Assembly: GCA_027062145.1 (NCBI GenBank) | Contig: JAMOTX010000050.1 | Span: 1 to 34,688 of the forward strand | Origin: Candidatus Altimarinota bacterium | GTDB taxonomy: Bacteria; Patescibacteriota; Gracilibacteria; BD1-5; UBA6164 | Direction of reading: 5' to 3' | DNA length: 34,688 nucleotides | Shown: piece by piece, positions 21,214-32,298 of the stretch | How the letters are laid out: the number at the start of each line of letters is the position of its first letter | Position numbering within the stretch: position 1 is the stretch's first letter | Made by a program: the position numbers and the translations under genes | Notes under the pieces: generated by a model | The model's database searches: none | What the model was told of the DNA's origin: nothing | Seen by the model: the letters and a program-made list of their open reading frames with translations, nothing else

Positions 21214-21238
21214 AATACAAAAAAATATTCTAAATTTT

Positions 21239-21916
21239 TTAAATATATTTTTTAATTAATTTTAAATAATATATAAAAACAGTAAGTGTTAATATGAAAA
21301 ATCCTAAAGCAATTCAGTCTAATGATCAATTATTAAAACTTATAATTACTCACCAAAGTGATCAACTAGTTAGAGCAAATATTCATATTATATTCAGCCA
21401 ATATTTTAAATTATCTTTTATACTAACAAGTCAGGTAGTTATAAATGAAAATCATATTGCTTGTAATATTGAATAAGATTGATAATTAAAATATTTTATA
21501 AATATTATAAATAAAAATATATTTAAAAAAACAAAAGTTGTTTCAGATAATATTTTAAAATCTTTTTTATAATTATAATATGTAAAAGCTTTAATTGCAG
21601 CTAATCAATAGGCTATTTGCCAAATTATATATTGAGATTGTCATAAGTAAATTAATCAATAAATTCATATTGTTAAAAATACTAAAGTACTAGAAAGTTG
21701 ATAAATACCTCAAATTTTATTATTTTTGTCTGTATAATTACTTTGCATTACCATTATTAATAAATTTCATATGAAATTAACTAAAAATAGTAATGTTATT
21801 TCAAAAATATTTCAATTTCATGTAAATCAAACAATAATTAATGCAAATATTAATAATATAGATATCCACCAATTTTTTCTTAAAAAACTTTTTAATTCTA
21901 TTAATAATTTATTCAT
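21239..21916 (-). CDS. polytopic membrane protein, 225 aa (possibly PnuC-like transporter; weak)
   Basis: I checked the frame codon by codon from the TAA at 21239-21241 up to 21721, and translated the rest to the ATG at 21916. It is open for 678 nt with more than 20 TGA codons and no TAA or TAG, which is improbable by chance in AT-rich DNA. Hydrophobic throughout, with short stretches such as TI-G-IY-G-LIYL-G-Q and ...KYWLNII-G-IF.... Confidence 0.7.
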
Positions 21917-21941
21917 TTTAGGTTATATTTATGTATATAAG

Positions 21942-21984
21942 AAAAAATAAAAGACACCATTATATTTTGTGTCTTTTATTTTTT
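21942..21984 (-). terminator. terminator after pheS
   Basis: Stem aaaagacac (21949-21957) pairs with gtgtctttt (21969-21977), with an 11-nt loop. A/T runs lie on both sides. Confidence 0.65.
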
Positions 21985-21986
21985 GA

Positions 21987-23054
<1,068 letters not shown>

Positions 23055-23083
23055 TTTTCTATTGTGATATTATATTTAATAGG

Positions 23084-23111
23084 ATTATAGGGAAAGAGGG
23101 GAATATTGCAA
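23084..23111 (-). promoter_or_regulatory. candidate promoter for pheS (TTGCAA-16-TATAAT)
   Basis: On the minus strand, TTGCAA is at 23111-23106 and TATAAT at 23089-23084. This leaves a leader of about 23 nt. Confidence 0.45.
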
Positions 23112-23223
23112 TGAAATATTTTGAAAAATATATAAATATGCTGTAGTTTTTATTTTTTGTTCTAAATTTTTATCCTATCTCCTACCTTTATATATATAGT
23201 ATTTAAAATATAAAAATTTTCTT

Positions 23224-23251
23224 TTGACAAATTATAACTATCTTATATAAT
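23224..23251 (+). promoter_or_regulatory. near-consensus promoter for the ribosomal protein operon (TTGACA-16-TATAAT)
   Basis: TTGACA at 23224-23229 and TATAAT at 23246-23251. Confidence 0.55.
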
Positions 23252-23364
23252 CACGTGGCTTTTAAGGAATTATCCGAAAAGTTTTTGAAGAGGTTAAGTT
23301 AGACGCCGTTCCATTGTGAAAGGTAGTTTAACCTCTAACTTTAATTTTGTAAACATATTTTTAT
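23252..23364 (+). promoter_or_regulatory. structured 5' leader of the rplC operon (two hairpins)
   Basis: Hairpin 1 spans 23259-23281 (ctttt..gga-atta-tcc..aaaag) and is followed by TTTTT. Hairpin 2 has a 9-bp stem, agaggttaa (23289-23297) pairing with ttaacctct (23328-23336), enclosing a comparatively GC-rich 30 nt. Confidence 0.4.
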
Positions 23365-23973
23365 ATGGCTTGAATTATAGCTACAAAGTTAGAAATGACT
23401 AGAGTGATAAAAGGAGACAGATTTGTCCCTGTTACACTTCTAAAAGTTCCAACTTTAAAAGTAGTATGATTTAAAACTCTTGAAAAAGATGGTTATAAGG
23501 CTATAATCGTTTGAGTTTTAAACAAAAAAGTTGAAGATTCTACTCTAGCTGAATGAAAAAGTACTTTAAATAAAAGTGATTTTTCTAAAATAGTAGAATT
23601 TCCAGTATCTGATGCAGATATTGAAAAATATAGCGCTTGAGACACTCTTTCATTAGATGTGTTAGAAGGTGATATCAAAGTATCTATTGAATGATTTTCT
23701 AAATGAAAATGATTTACAGGTGCAATGAAAAAACATAATTTCCATGGTGGTCCTGGTGGTCACGGTTCGAAATTTCATAGAGCTCTTGGTTCTATCGGTA
23801 ATAGAAAACCTACGAAAGTACATAAAGGGAAAAAGATGCATGGTCATCACGGTGATACTAAATTTACTGTTAAAAAAGTTCCAGTTGAACTAGTTAACAA
23901 AGAAATTGGTGTTGTTGGTGTTAGATGAGCTGTTCCTGGATGAAGAAATTCATTCGTAAATATTATTTTTTAG
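23365..23973 (+). CDS. rplC: 50S ribosomal protein L3, 202 aa
   Basis: MA-G-IIATKLEMTRVI...[54 protein letters not shown]. Confidence 0.95.
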
Positions 23974-23991
23974 TTATTAATACGTACTCTA

Positions 23992-24615
23992 ATGAAGACT
24001 AATTTATTCGATCAAAAAGGTAAATCAGTTTGAGAAATTGAACTAAGTGATTTAGTGTTTTGATTAGAACTTAATGAAGGACTTATTCACAGAGCTTTGG
24101 TATATCAACTAGCTAATAATAGAATGGTAGTTGCTCATACTAAAACAAGATGAGAAAGAAGAGGTTCAACAAGAAAGATTTATAGACAAAAAGGTACAGG
24201 TAGAGCTAGAATGGGTTCAAACAGATCTCCTATTAGGAAAAAAGGTTGAGTTGCATTCGGTCCTAGAAATACTGTAAACTTTACACTTTCTATGAATAAA
24301 AAAGAAAGAAGAAAAGCATTATTTAGTGTTTTATCTTCAAAACTAGCTAACAATGATTTAATCGTTTTAGATAAAATTGATTTCAAAGAAGCTAAAACAA
24401 AAAATATGGTAGAAGTTTTTACTAAACTACCTTATAATGAAAAAGTTTTATTAGCTATTCCAGCTAAAAATGAAATGATTGAAAAATCTGCTGCTAACAT
24501 ACCATATGTTAAAGCTATACTTGTAGATTATTTAAATATTAAAGATTTACTTAAATATAAAACATTAGTTTTATTAAAAGATTCTTTAGTTAATTTAGAT
24601 AAACTTACTAAATAA
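23992..24615 (+). CDS. rplD: 50S ribosomal protein L4, 207 aa
   Basis: [45 protein letters not shown]. Confidence 0.95.
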
Positions 24616-24637
24616 TTTACTCTAAAATATATAAAAT

Positions 24638-24934
24638 ATGAGAATTTTTAGAATTTTAAAAAAACCAATCACTACTGAAAAAACTTCAGTATTAGAGATG
24701 ACTAATAATACATATGTGTTTGAAGTTGATTCTAGTGCAACTAAAATTGATGTTAAAAAATCAGTTATGGAATTGTACAAAGTTGAGGTTGCTTCTGTTA
24801 ACACTTTACATACAAGAGAAAAATTTAAGTATGGAAAGAAGAGATGAATGCAATTAAGAAAAAGATCTACTAAAAAAGCTTATGTAACTTTAAAAGATGC
24901 AAAAGCTAAAATTGATTTTTCTGTTATAAAATAA
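24638..24934 (+). CDS. rplW: 50S ribosomal protein L23, 98 aa
   Basis: ILKKPITTEKTSVL...YVFEVDSSATKIDVKKSVMELYKVEV. It continues past the TGA at 24845 to TAA at 24932-24934. Confidence 0.93.
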
Positions 24935-24956
24935 TTATTTTTTAAAAATATTAACA

Positions 24957-25805
24957 GTGGGAATAAGAAAATTTAAACCTACCACTCCTGGTAGAAGATG
25001 AATGACAGTTAATACGTTTGAAGAAATTACTACTTCAACTCCGTATAAACCACTTACTATAAAATTAAAAAAACATTCAGGTAGATGAAATACTTGAAGA
25101 ATTACAGTAAGACACCAATGAGGTGGTCATGCACAAAGATATAGACTAGTTGATTTCTTCCAAGTTGATAAGAAAGGTATCGTAGCTAAAGTTGAAACTA
25201 TAGAATACGATCCATATAGATCAGCATGGATTTCACTAATCTGTTATAAAGATGGGGAAAGAAGATATGTTATTGCTAATACTGAAACTAAAGTTTGAGA
25301 TAAAGTAATTACTGATGATAAAACTCCACTTGAAACTGGTAATAGAATGTTAGTTGCTAACATTCCTACTGGATTACAAGTTTATAACTTAGAACTAATA
25401 GTTGGACATTGAGCTTCTACTATTAGATCTGCAGGTTCTTATGGTACAATCTTCTCACAAGAAGGTGAATACACTCAAATTAAGTTACCTTCAGGTGAAA
25501 TCAGATTAGTTAATAAGAAATGTTTCGCTACATTAGGTCAAGTATCTAACACTTACCATAACCAAGTTGTTATCGGTAAAGCAGGTAGATCTAGATGGAT
25601 GTGAATCAGACCAACTGTAAGATGAAAATCTATGAATCCAGTTGATCATCCACATGGTGGTTGAGAAGGAGCTTCACCAATTGGTATGAAAGCACCAAAA
25701 ACTCCATGGGGTATGCCAGCTTTAGGATACAAAACTAGAAAGAGAAAAAACACTACTTCTAAATGGATTTTAAAAGACAGAAAAGGTAAACTAATGAATA
25801 AATAG
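24957..25805 (+). CDS. rplB: 50S ribosomal protein L2, 282 aa (GTG start)
   Basis: (M)[14 protein letters not shown]-; [28 protein letters not shown], with TGA at 25602-25604 and 25662-25664. Confidence 0.96.
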
Positions 25806-25860
25806 TAAGAATTATTAATTTAATTCTTACTCTATAAACTATATAACATAAAACTAACTT

Positions 25861-26124
25861 ATGACAAGAAGTTTAAGAAAATGACCATTTATTGATGAAA
25901 GACTATTAAAAAAAGTTGTTACAATGAATGATTCATGAAAAAAAGGTGTAATTAAAACTTGGTCAAGAACATGTACTGTTATTCCTGAATTTGTTGGACA
26001 CACATTTGGTGTTCATAATGGGAAAGTACACACTCCAGTTTTTGTTACAGAAGATATGGTATGACATAAATTATGAGAATTTTCTATGACTAGAACATTC
26101 AGAGGTCATGCTTGAAAAAAATAG
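25861..26124 (+). CDS. rpsS: 30S ribosomal protein S19, 87 aa
   Basis: [16 protein letters not shown]...[42 protein letters not shown]. Confidence 0.95.
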
Positions 26125-26197
26125 GCCCACGAGTTAGATTTATCTAGCCATCCCTGAAAGACTGGGAAATAATTTATTATTATAGCCAAATTAGCTT

Positions 26198-26524
26198 ATG
26201 AAAGCATATTGAAAAAATATTAGAATTTCTCCAAAGAAATTAAGAGTTATTGCTGAAATTATTAGAGGACAAAATGTTTGAGAAGCGTTAAATTTCTTAA
26301 AATTTGCACCTAAAAAATGAGCAGATTTATTATATAAAATTTTAGCTTCTGCTATTGCAAATGCTGAAAATAATGACAATCAGAAAGCTGATACATTATA
26401 TATAAGTACTCTTATTATAAATAAATGAATTGTTTATAAAAGATGAAATGCAGTATCTAGAGGTAGATCTCATCCAATCTTAAAAAGAACTTCTAATATA
26501 AAATTAGAATTACAAGTAAAATAA
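26198..26524 (+). CDS. rplV: 50S ribosomal protein L22, 108 aa
   Basis: [52 protein letters not shown]. Confidence 0.94.
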
Positions 26525-26588
26525 TTACTGGAAGAATAACTCCAAGAAATTAGAGTTATTAATTATAATTATTAATTAATAAAAAAAA

Positions 26589-27221
26589 ATGGGACATAAA
26601 GTTAATCCAATAGCATTTAGAATACCATATATTAAAACATGGAAATCTACTTGGTATGAAGATAAAAAAACATATAAAGACTCTTTAGGACTAGATGTAA
26701 AAGCTAGAACTATATTATCGAAAGAATTAACTTGAATTCCTCTAGGGGATGTTCTAGTTGCAAGAAATTCTAATATGATTGAAATAGTTGTTTACACAGC
26801 TAAAGCATCATTAATTCTTGGTAAAACTTGAGAAAATAAAGAAAGATTACAAACTTTATTAACTAGAAAACTTTGAACAAGTGTTAGTTTAGAAATTAGA
26901 GATATTAAAAACCCTGATTTAAATGCTAAAATTGTTTGATTCAACGTAGCAAATCAAATAGAAAAAAGAATGCCTTATAAAAGAGCAATCAAACAAGCTA
27001 TTCAAAAAACTATGGAAAAAGGTGCTAAATGAATCAAAATCAAAGTTGGTTGAAGACTTAATTGAGCTGAAATCGCTAGAAAAGAAACATTTAAAGAAGG
27101 TAATATTCCTACACAAACAATTAGAGCTGACATAGATTATTGTACTGTTAGAGCTGAAACTGTTTATGGAACTATCGGACTTAAAGTATGGATCTATAAA
27201 GGAGACATTTATAAAAAATAA
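26589..27221 (+). CDS. rpsC: 30S ribosomal protein S3, 210 aa
   Basis: [12 protein letters not shown]...[58 protein letters not shown]. Confidence 0.95.
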
Positions 27222-27267
27222 AAAATTTGACAAACCAGATTTTTTTATATACTAATTGTACTAAAAA

Positions 27268-27672
27268 ATGTTACAACCAAAGAAAACTAAATATAGAAAA
27301 ACCTTTAGATGAAGATTAAAAGGGAAGGCTATTAAAGGATCTACTATTGCATTCGGTGATTACGCTATGAAATGTACTACTAGATGATTTATAACTTCTA
27401 GACAAATAGAATCTTCGAGAAGAGCTATGGTTAGAGCGCTTAAAAGATGAGGTAAAGTTTGGATAAGAATTTTTCCTGACAAAGCTTTTACTGCTAAACC
27501 ACTAGAAGTCCCAATGGGTTGAGGTAAATGATCTGTAGAAATGTATAGAGCTCCTGTAAAACCTGGTAGAGTGTTATTTGAAATAACATGAGTTACACCA
27601 GAAGTTGCAAGGGAAGCTTTTAGACTGGCTTCTTACAAATTGCCTGTTAAAACTAAAATAATAGTTGATTAA
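27268..27672 (+). CDS. rplP: 50S ribosomal protein L16, 134 aa
   Basis: MLQPKKTKYRKTFR-G-RLKGKA...[48 protein letters not shown]. Confidence 0.95.
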
Positions 27673-27683
27673 TCATTTTAAAA

Positions 27684-27908
27684 ATGAAAGAAATAAAAGA
27701 TTTAAAACTACAAGAATTAGGAAAACTTATAGAATTAGACGAGAAAGGTTTAAGAACTGAACTTACTAAATCATCAAGAGAATTATTTTCTTTAAGAATG
27801 AAAAAAGAAGTTGGTGAATTAAAACAAACTCATTTAATAAAAGCTTTAAGAAGATATATAGCACAAATTAATACTGTTGCTACTTCTAAAGGATTAAATA
27901 TAGGTTAA
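27684..27908 (+). CDS. rpmC: 50S ribosomal protein L29, 74 aa
   Basis: LRTELTKSSRELFSLRMKKEVGELKQTHLIKALRRYIAQINT. This is an intact standard-code ORF ending in TAA. Confidence 0.9.
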   Translation: MKEIKDLKLQELGKLIELDEKGLRTELTKSSRELFSLRMKKEVGELKQTHLIKALRRYIAQINTVATSKGLNIG

Positions 27909-27931
27909 TTATTTTTAATTAAACAAAGTTT

Positions 27932-28159
27932 ATGAGAACTAAAAAAGGTGTTGTTACAAGCAACAAAATGGATAAAACAGTTGTTGTGTCTGTACATACT
28001 TATAAAAGTGATTCTAAATATAAAAAAAGATTTAGAGTAACTAAAAAGTTTTATGCACATGATGAAGATAATACTTGCTCTATTTGAGATCAAGTATTAA
28101 TTAAAGAAACTAGACCAACTTCTAAATTAAAAAGATGGGATTTAGTTGAAAAAATATAG
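27932..28159 (+). CDS. rpsQ: 30S ribosomal protein S17, 75 aa
   Basis: [66 protein letters not shown]. Confidence 0.94.
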
Positions 28160-28189
28160 TTAATTTTAACTTTTAAGAATTGATATCTT

Positions 28190-28558
28190 ATGATACAAAC
28201 AGAATCAAGACTAGCTGTTACTGATAACTCTTGAGCTAAAGAAGTATTATGTATTAAAGTGCTTTGAGGTTCACATAGAAGATATGCTTCTATTTGAGAT
28301 ATTATCGTTTGTACTGTTAAAAAAGCTGCTCCAGATGGAGTAGTTAAAAAGAAAAAAGTAGTAAAAGCTGTAGTAGTTAGAACTTCTAAAGAAGTAAGAA
28401 GAAAAGATGGTTCATATGTTAGATTTGATGATAACGCTTGCGTAATTATTGATGATAATAATGCTCCAAAAGGAACTCGTATTTTTGGGCCTGTTGCAAG
28501 AGAATTAAAAGCAAAAGGTTTTCAAAAAATTATGAGTTTAGCTCCAGAAGTTTTATAA
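28190..28558 (+). CDS. rplN: 50S ribosomal protein L14, 122 aa
   Basis: [28 protein letters not shown]...[30 protein letters not shown]. Confidence 0.96.
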
Positions 28559-28575
28559 TTAATATTAATAAAATT

Positions 28576-28926
28576 ATGAAAATTAGAACTTGAGATAAAG
28601 TTATAGTTATGTCTGGTAAAGAAAAAGACAGAGGTCAAGAAGCCGAAGTTTTAAAAGTATTTACTGATACAAATAAAATCATTGTAAAATGAATTAATGT
28701 TGTAACTAGACATTTAAAAAAACAATGAACTACTCCTGGTCAAATTGTTAAATTGGAAAAAGCTATCGATGCATCTAATGTAATGTTAGTTTGTCCATTT
28801 ACAAAAAAAGGAACAAGAGTTTGATTTGTTAAAATTGAAGAAAAAGGAACAAGTAAAAAATTTAGATTTTCAAAAATTGCCTTAAAAGAAAATGGATGAG
28901 AAGCTAAAAAATATATTATAAAATAG
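28576..28926 (+). CDS. rplX: 50S ribosomal protein L24, 116 aa
   Basis: MKIRT-G-DKVIVMSGKEKDRGQEAEVLKVF...INVVTRHLKK. Confidence 0.92.
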
Positions 28927-28958
28927 TTTATAATTTACTTATATTATAAATATAAAAA

Positions 28959-29495
28959 ATGTTAAAAGAAAAATATTTAAAAGAAATGGTTCCAGCTCTA
29001 AAAGAAAAACTAGAAATTGCTAATATTATGGAAATTCCTAAATTAGAAAAAGTAGTTTTAAATATGTGAATTTGAACATATGTTAGATCTGGTAATAAAG
29101 ATTTCTCATCTTTACAAGAACACTTATCATTAATTGCAGGTCAAGCTTGTACTGTTAGATATGCTAAAAAAGCAATATCAAACTTTAAATTAAGAGCTGG
29201 TATGCCAGTTGGTTTAAGTGTTACTCTAAGAGGAGATGCTATGTACAATTTCTTAGAAAAACTTATCAATGTTGTTTTACCTAGAGTAAGAGATTTTAGA
29301 TGAGTTAGTAAAAAAGGATTTGATAATCAAGGTAATTATAATTTCGGTATTAAAGAACATTCTATATTTTTAGAAATTCCTCAAAACGATGTTATAAAAA
29401 ATCATGGTTTACAAATTACAGTTAAAACAACTGCTAAAAACAAAGAAGCTTGAAGAGAATTATTAACACAAATGGGATTCCCTTTTGCTAAATAA
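28959..29495 (+). CDS. rplE: 50S ribosomal protein L5, 178 aa
   Basis: [14 protein letters not shown]-...[49 protein letters not shown]. Confidence 0.95.
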
Positions 29496-29521
29496 AAGTT
29501 TACTTTAATAAGAACAAAAAA

Positions 29522-29746
29522 ATGGCTAGAAAGGCTAAAATTGCTAAAGCAAATAGATTAAAAAAGACATTTTTACAAGCTATTGCTGATGGTAGAAAAC
29601 CTAAAGAAGCTACAAAAGTATATAACTGTTGTAGTATCTGTGGTAGAACTAGATGATATCTTGGTAAATTTGATATTTGTAGAATTTGTTTTAGAGAAAA
29701 AGCTAATGCTTGAGAATTACCAGGTGTTAGAAAATCTAGTTGGTAA
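29522..29746 (+). CDS. rpsN: 30S ribosomal protein S14, zinc-ribbon (Cys4) form, 74 aa
   Basis: MARKAKIAKANR...[41 protein letters not shown]. Confidence 0.9.
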
Positions 29747-29788
29747 GAGAGAAATAGTTAAATAAATTTATTTATTAATTCATATGTT

Positions 29789-30184
29789 ATGATAATAGAT
29801 CCAATCGGAGATTTATTAACAAGAATTAGAAATGCATATATGGCTAGAATTATTGAAGTTAAACTTCCTTATTCTAAATTAAAAGCTGATATTGCAAAAA
29901 TTCTTAAGAAAAATAAATATATTGTTGATTTCGAAATTATTGACGAATGAAACAATAAAAAATCAATCGGGCTTACTTTAAATGACGTAAGAACTACTAA
30001 GTATGTTCCTACAATGTCAAGAATTAGTAAACCAGGTCAAAGAATCTATATCTGAGCAAAAGATATTAGAAAATCAAGAAATGGTCATGGTATCTATATT
30101 GTTTCAACTCCAAAAGGTGTTGTTACTGGGTACGAAGCTAGAAGTTTAAATGTTGGTGGTGAATTACTTTGCGAAGTATATTAA
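29789..30184 (+). CDS. rpsH: 30S ribosomal protein S8, 131 aa
   Basis: [19 protein letters not shown]...[38 protein letters not shown]. Confidence 0.95.
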
Positions 30185-30256
30185 TCATTTAATATTATAA
30201 ACGAGAAATGATTTATATATCATTGTTCCGATTTATATTAATAATTACAAGAAAAA

Positions 30257-30796
30257 ATGTCAAGAATTGGTAAAATGCCTATTGTAATACTAGAAAAAGT
30301 TGATGTAACTATAGTTGACAACAACATTAAAGTTAAAGGGCCATTATGAGAATTATCTTTTGATTTTTCATCAAAAGTGAAAGTTTCTAAAGAAGAAAAT
30401 TCTATAATTGTTACTCCAGTAGATGATTCTGCTAGTGCTTTATGGGGTACAACTAGATCAATTATTAATAACTTAGTTATTTGAGTTACTGAAGGTTACA
30501 AAAAAAGTTTAGAAATCATTTGAGTTGGTTATAAATTTGAAGTTTCTGGAGATAAACTTATATTAAGTATTGGTTTTTCACATAAAGTTAATGTCGCTAT
30601 TCCTGCAGGTTTAAAAGTTGCAATGGATGAGAAAGCTAAAAATATTATACATATTTCTGGTGTAGATAAACAACTTGTATGAGAATTTGCTTCTAAAATT
30701 AGAGCAAAAAAGAAACCAGAACCGTATAAAGGTAAATGAATCAAATATGTTTGAGAACATATTAAGAGAAAAGCCGGTAAAACAGGTTCTAAATAA
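30257..30796 (+). CDS. rplF: 50S ribosomal protein L6, 179 aa
   Basis: MSRIGKMPIVI...I-G-VTEGYKKSLEII-G-VGYKF...[25 protein letters not shown]. Confidence 0.95.
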
Positions 30797-30823
30797 AATA
30801 TTTAACTGATAATAATTGAAAAA

Positions 30824-31168
30824 ATGTTACAAAAAACATTAAAAAGATTAAGAAGAAAAAATAGAATCAGATCTAAAATAAGTTGAACTGCTAGTAGACC
30901 AAGATTAGCTGTATATAGAAGTAATAAAAACATCTATGCACAATTAATTGATGATAACTCTGGTGTAACATTAACTTCTTTTTCAGATTTAAAACTTGAT
31001 AACTCAGGTACTAAAACTGAAATGGCTACAAAAGTAGGTGAAGAAATGGCACAAAAAGTTTTAGACTTAAAAATAACTGAAATTCTATTTGATAGAGGTT
31101 GATTTGCTTACCACGGTAGAGTTAAAGCTTTAGCTGAAGGTATGAGAGCAAAAGGACTTAAATTTTAA
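30824..31168 (+). CDS. rplR: 50S ribosomal protein L18, 114 aa
   Basis: [31 protein letters not shown]...[26 protein letters not shown]. Confidence 0.95.
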
Positions 31169-31187
31169 TTAATTAATACTAATAAGT

Positions 31188-31664
31188 ATGGCTTTTTCTG
31201 GAAAAGACAATAGAAAATGATGAAAATTTCAAAAACCAAAAAAAGAGTTCAAAGAAGAATTACTTGCTATTGATAGAGTAACTAGAGTTACTTCATGAGG
31301 TAGACAATTAAGATTCAGAGCTGTTATGGTTATTTGAGATGGAAAAGGTAGAGTTGCATTAGGAACTTGAAAATCTTGGGAAGTAGTTGATGCAATTGCT
31401 AAATCAATAGCTGATGCTAAGAAAAATCTAACTAATGTTAGAATTGAAAAAGGTACTGTTCCTTATAATTTAGAAGCTAAATATAAAGCTGCTAAAATTA
31501 TGGTTCACCCTGCTTCAGAAGGTACATGAATTATTGCGGGTTGAGCTGCCAGAAAAGTATTGATGGTTGCTTGATATAAAGATATTCTTGCAAAAAGATA
31601 TGGTTCTTCTAACCTAATTAATAATGCAAGAGCTACAATAAAAGCTTTATCTTCATTTAAATAA
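31188..31664 (+). CDS. rpsE: 30S ribosomal protein S5, 158 aa
   Basis: [43 protein letters not shown]...PASEGT-G-IIAG-G-AARKVL. Confidence 0.95.
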
Positions 31665-31755
31665 TAAATAATATGTTGCTTTGGAACTTTAACTTGGAAT
31701 ATTTCTTAGTTAATTTCTAAAGTAACATTATATATATAAATAACCTTAATATTTT

Positions 31756-32211
31756 ATGTTATCTTTAACAAATTTAAAACCTAACAAAGGATCTAGAAAA
31801 ACTTTCAAGAGACTTGGTAGAGGTAATGGTTCAGGTAAATGAACTTATTGTGGTAGAGGTTGTAATGGTCAAAATTGTAGATCAGGTGGTTGAGTAGCTG
31901 CTTGGTTTGAATGAGGACAAACTCCTTTATTTAGAAGAATGCCTAAATTAAAAGGTTTCTCTAACGCAAAATTTAAAACTATTTATAATGTTATTAATAT
32001 TTCTGATTTAGCTAAATTAGCTGAAAAAGGTATTACAACTATAAATAAAGAAGTATTACTAGAAAATAATATAGTTAGAAGAAAAACTCTTCCAATTAAA
32101 TTATTAGGTCAAGGTGAATTAACTGCTAAAGTTACTGTTACTGTTGATAAAGCTTCTGCTATTGCTAAAGAAGCAATAGAAAAAGCTGGAGGTAAACTTG
32201 AAACTAAATAA
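31756..32211 (+). CDS. rplO: 50S ribosomal protein L15, 151 aa
   Basis: [56 protein letters not shown]. It is in frame with ORF-track 31939..32211. Confidence 0.95.
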
Positions 32212-32215
32212 TATT

Positions 32216-32258
32216 AAGAAAAACCCGTGCTTTTAAGTTTGGGTTTTTCTTTTTTTTA
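32216..32258 (+). terminator. rho-independent terminator between rplO and secY
   Basis: An 11-bp stem, aagaaaaaccc (32216-32226) pairing with gggtttttctt (32241-32251), with a 14-nt loop and a T-run. Confidence 0.7.
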
Positions 32259-32298
32259 TGTATAATATATTTAATTAATTTTATAAATATTTATAAAT

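Noticed and set aside
21294-21476. ORF-track 60-aa ORF on the plus strand
   Set aside because: It lies entirely antisense to a 678-nt table-25 ORF (21239..21916, minus strand) that is free of TAA and TAG and encodes a coherent polytopic membrane protein. It has no start-site signal of its own.
23055-23364. Looked for a hidden rpsJ (S10) gene, or a tRNA, upstream of rplC
   Set aside because: No frame is open for more than a few codons under table 25. I saw no S10 motifs and no tRNA-like arms. The region is better explained by divergent pheS and rplC promoters plus a leader.
27222-27267. Internal promoter before rplP (TTGACA at 27227-27232)
   Set aside because: The only decent -10 (TATACT) is 15 nt away, which is sub-optimal spacing. 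Single hexamer hits are expected by chance in this composition.
23493-30744. Minus-strand ORFs inside the ribosomal cluster (23493..23678, 23662..23850, 24180..24386, 24622..24804, 26191..26379, 26919..27233, 27905..28093, 30529..30744) and the plus-strand off-frame ORF 29583..29765
   Set aside because: All overlap confidently identified ribosomal protein genes in another frame or strand.
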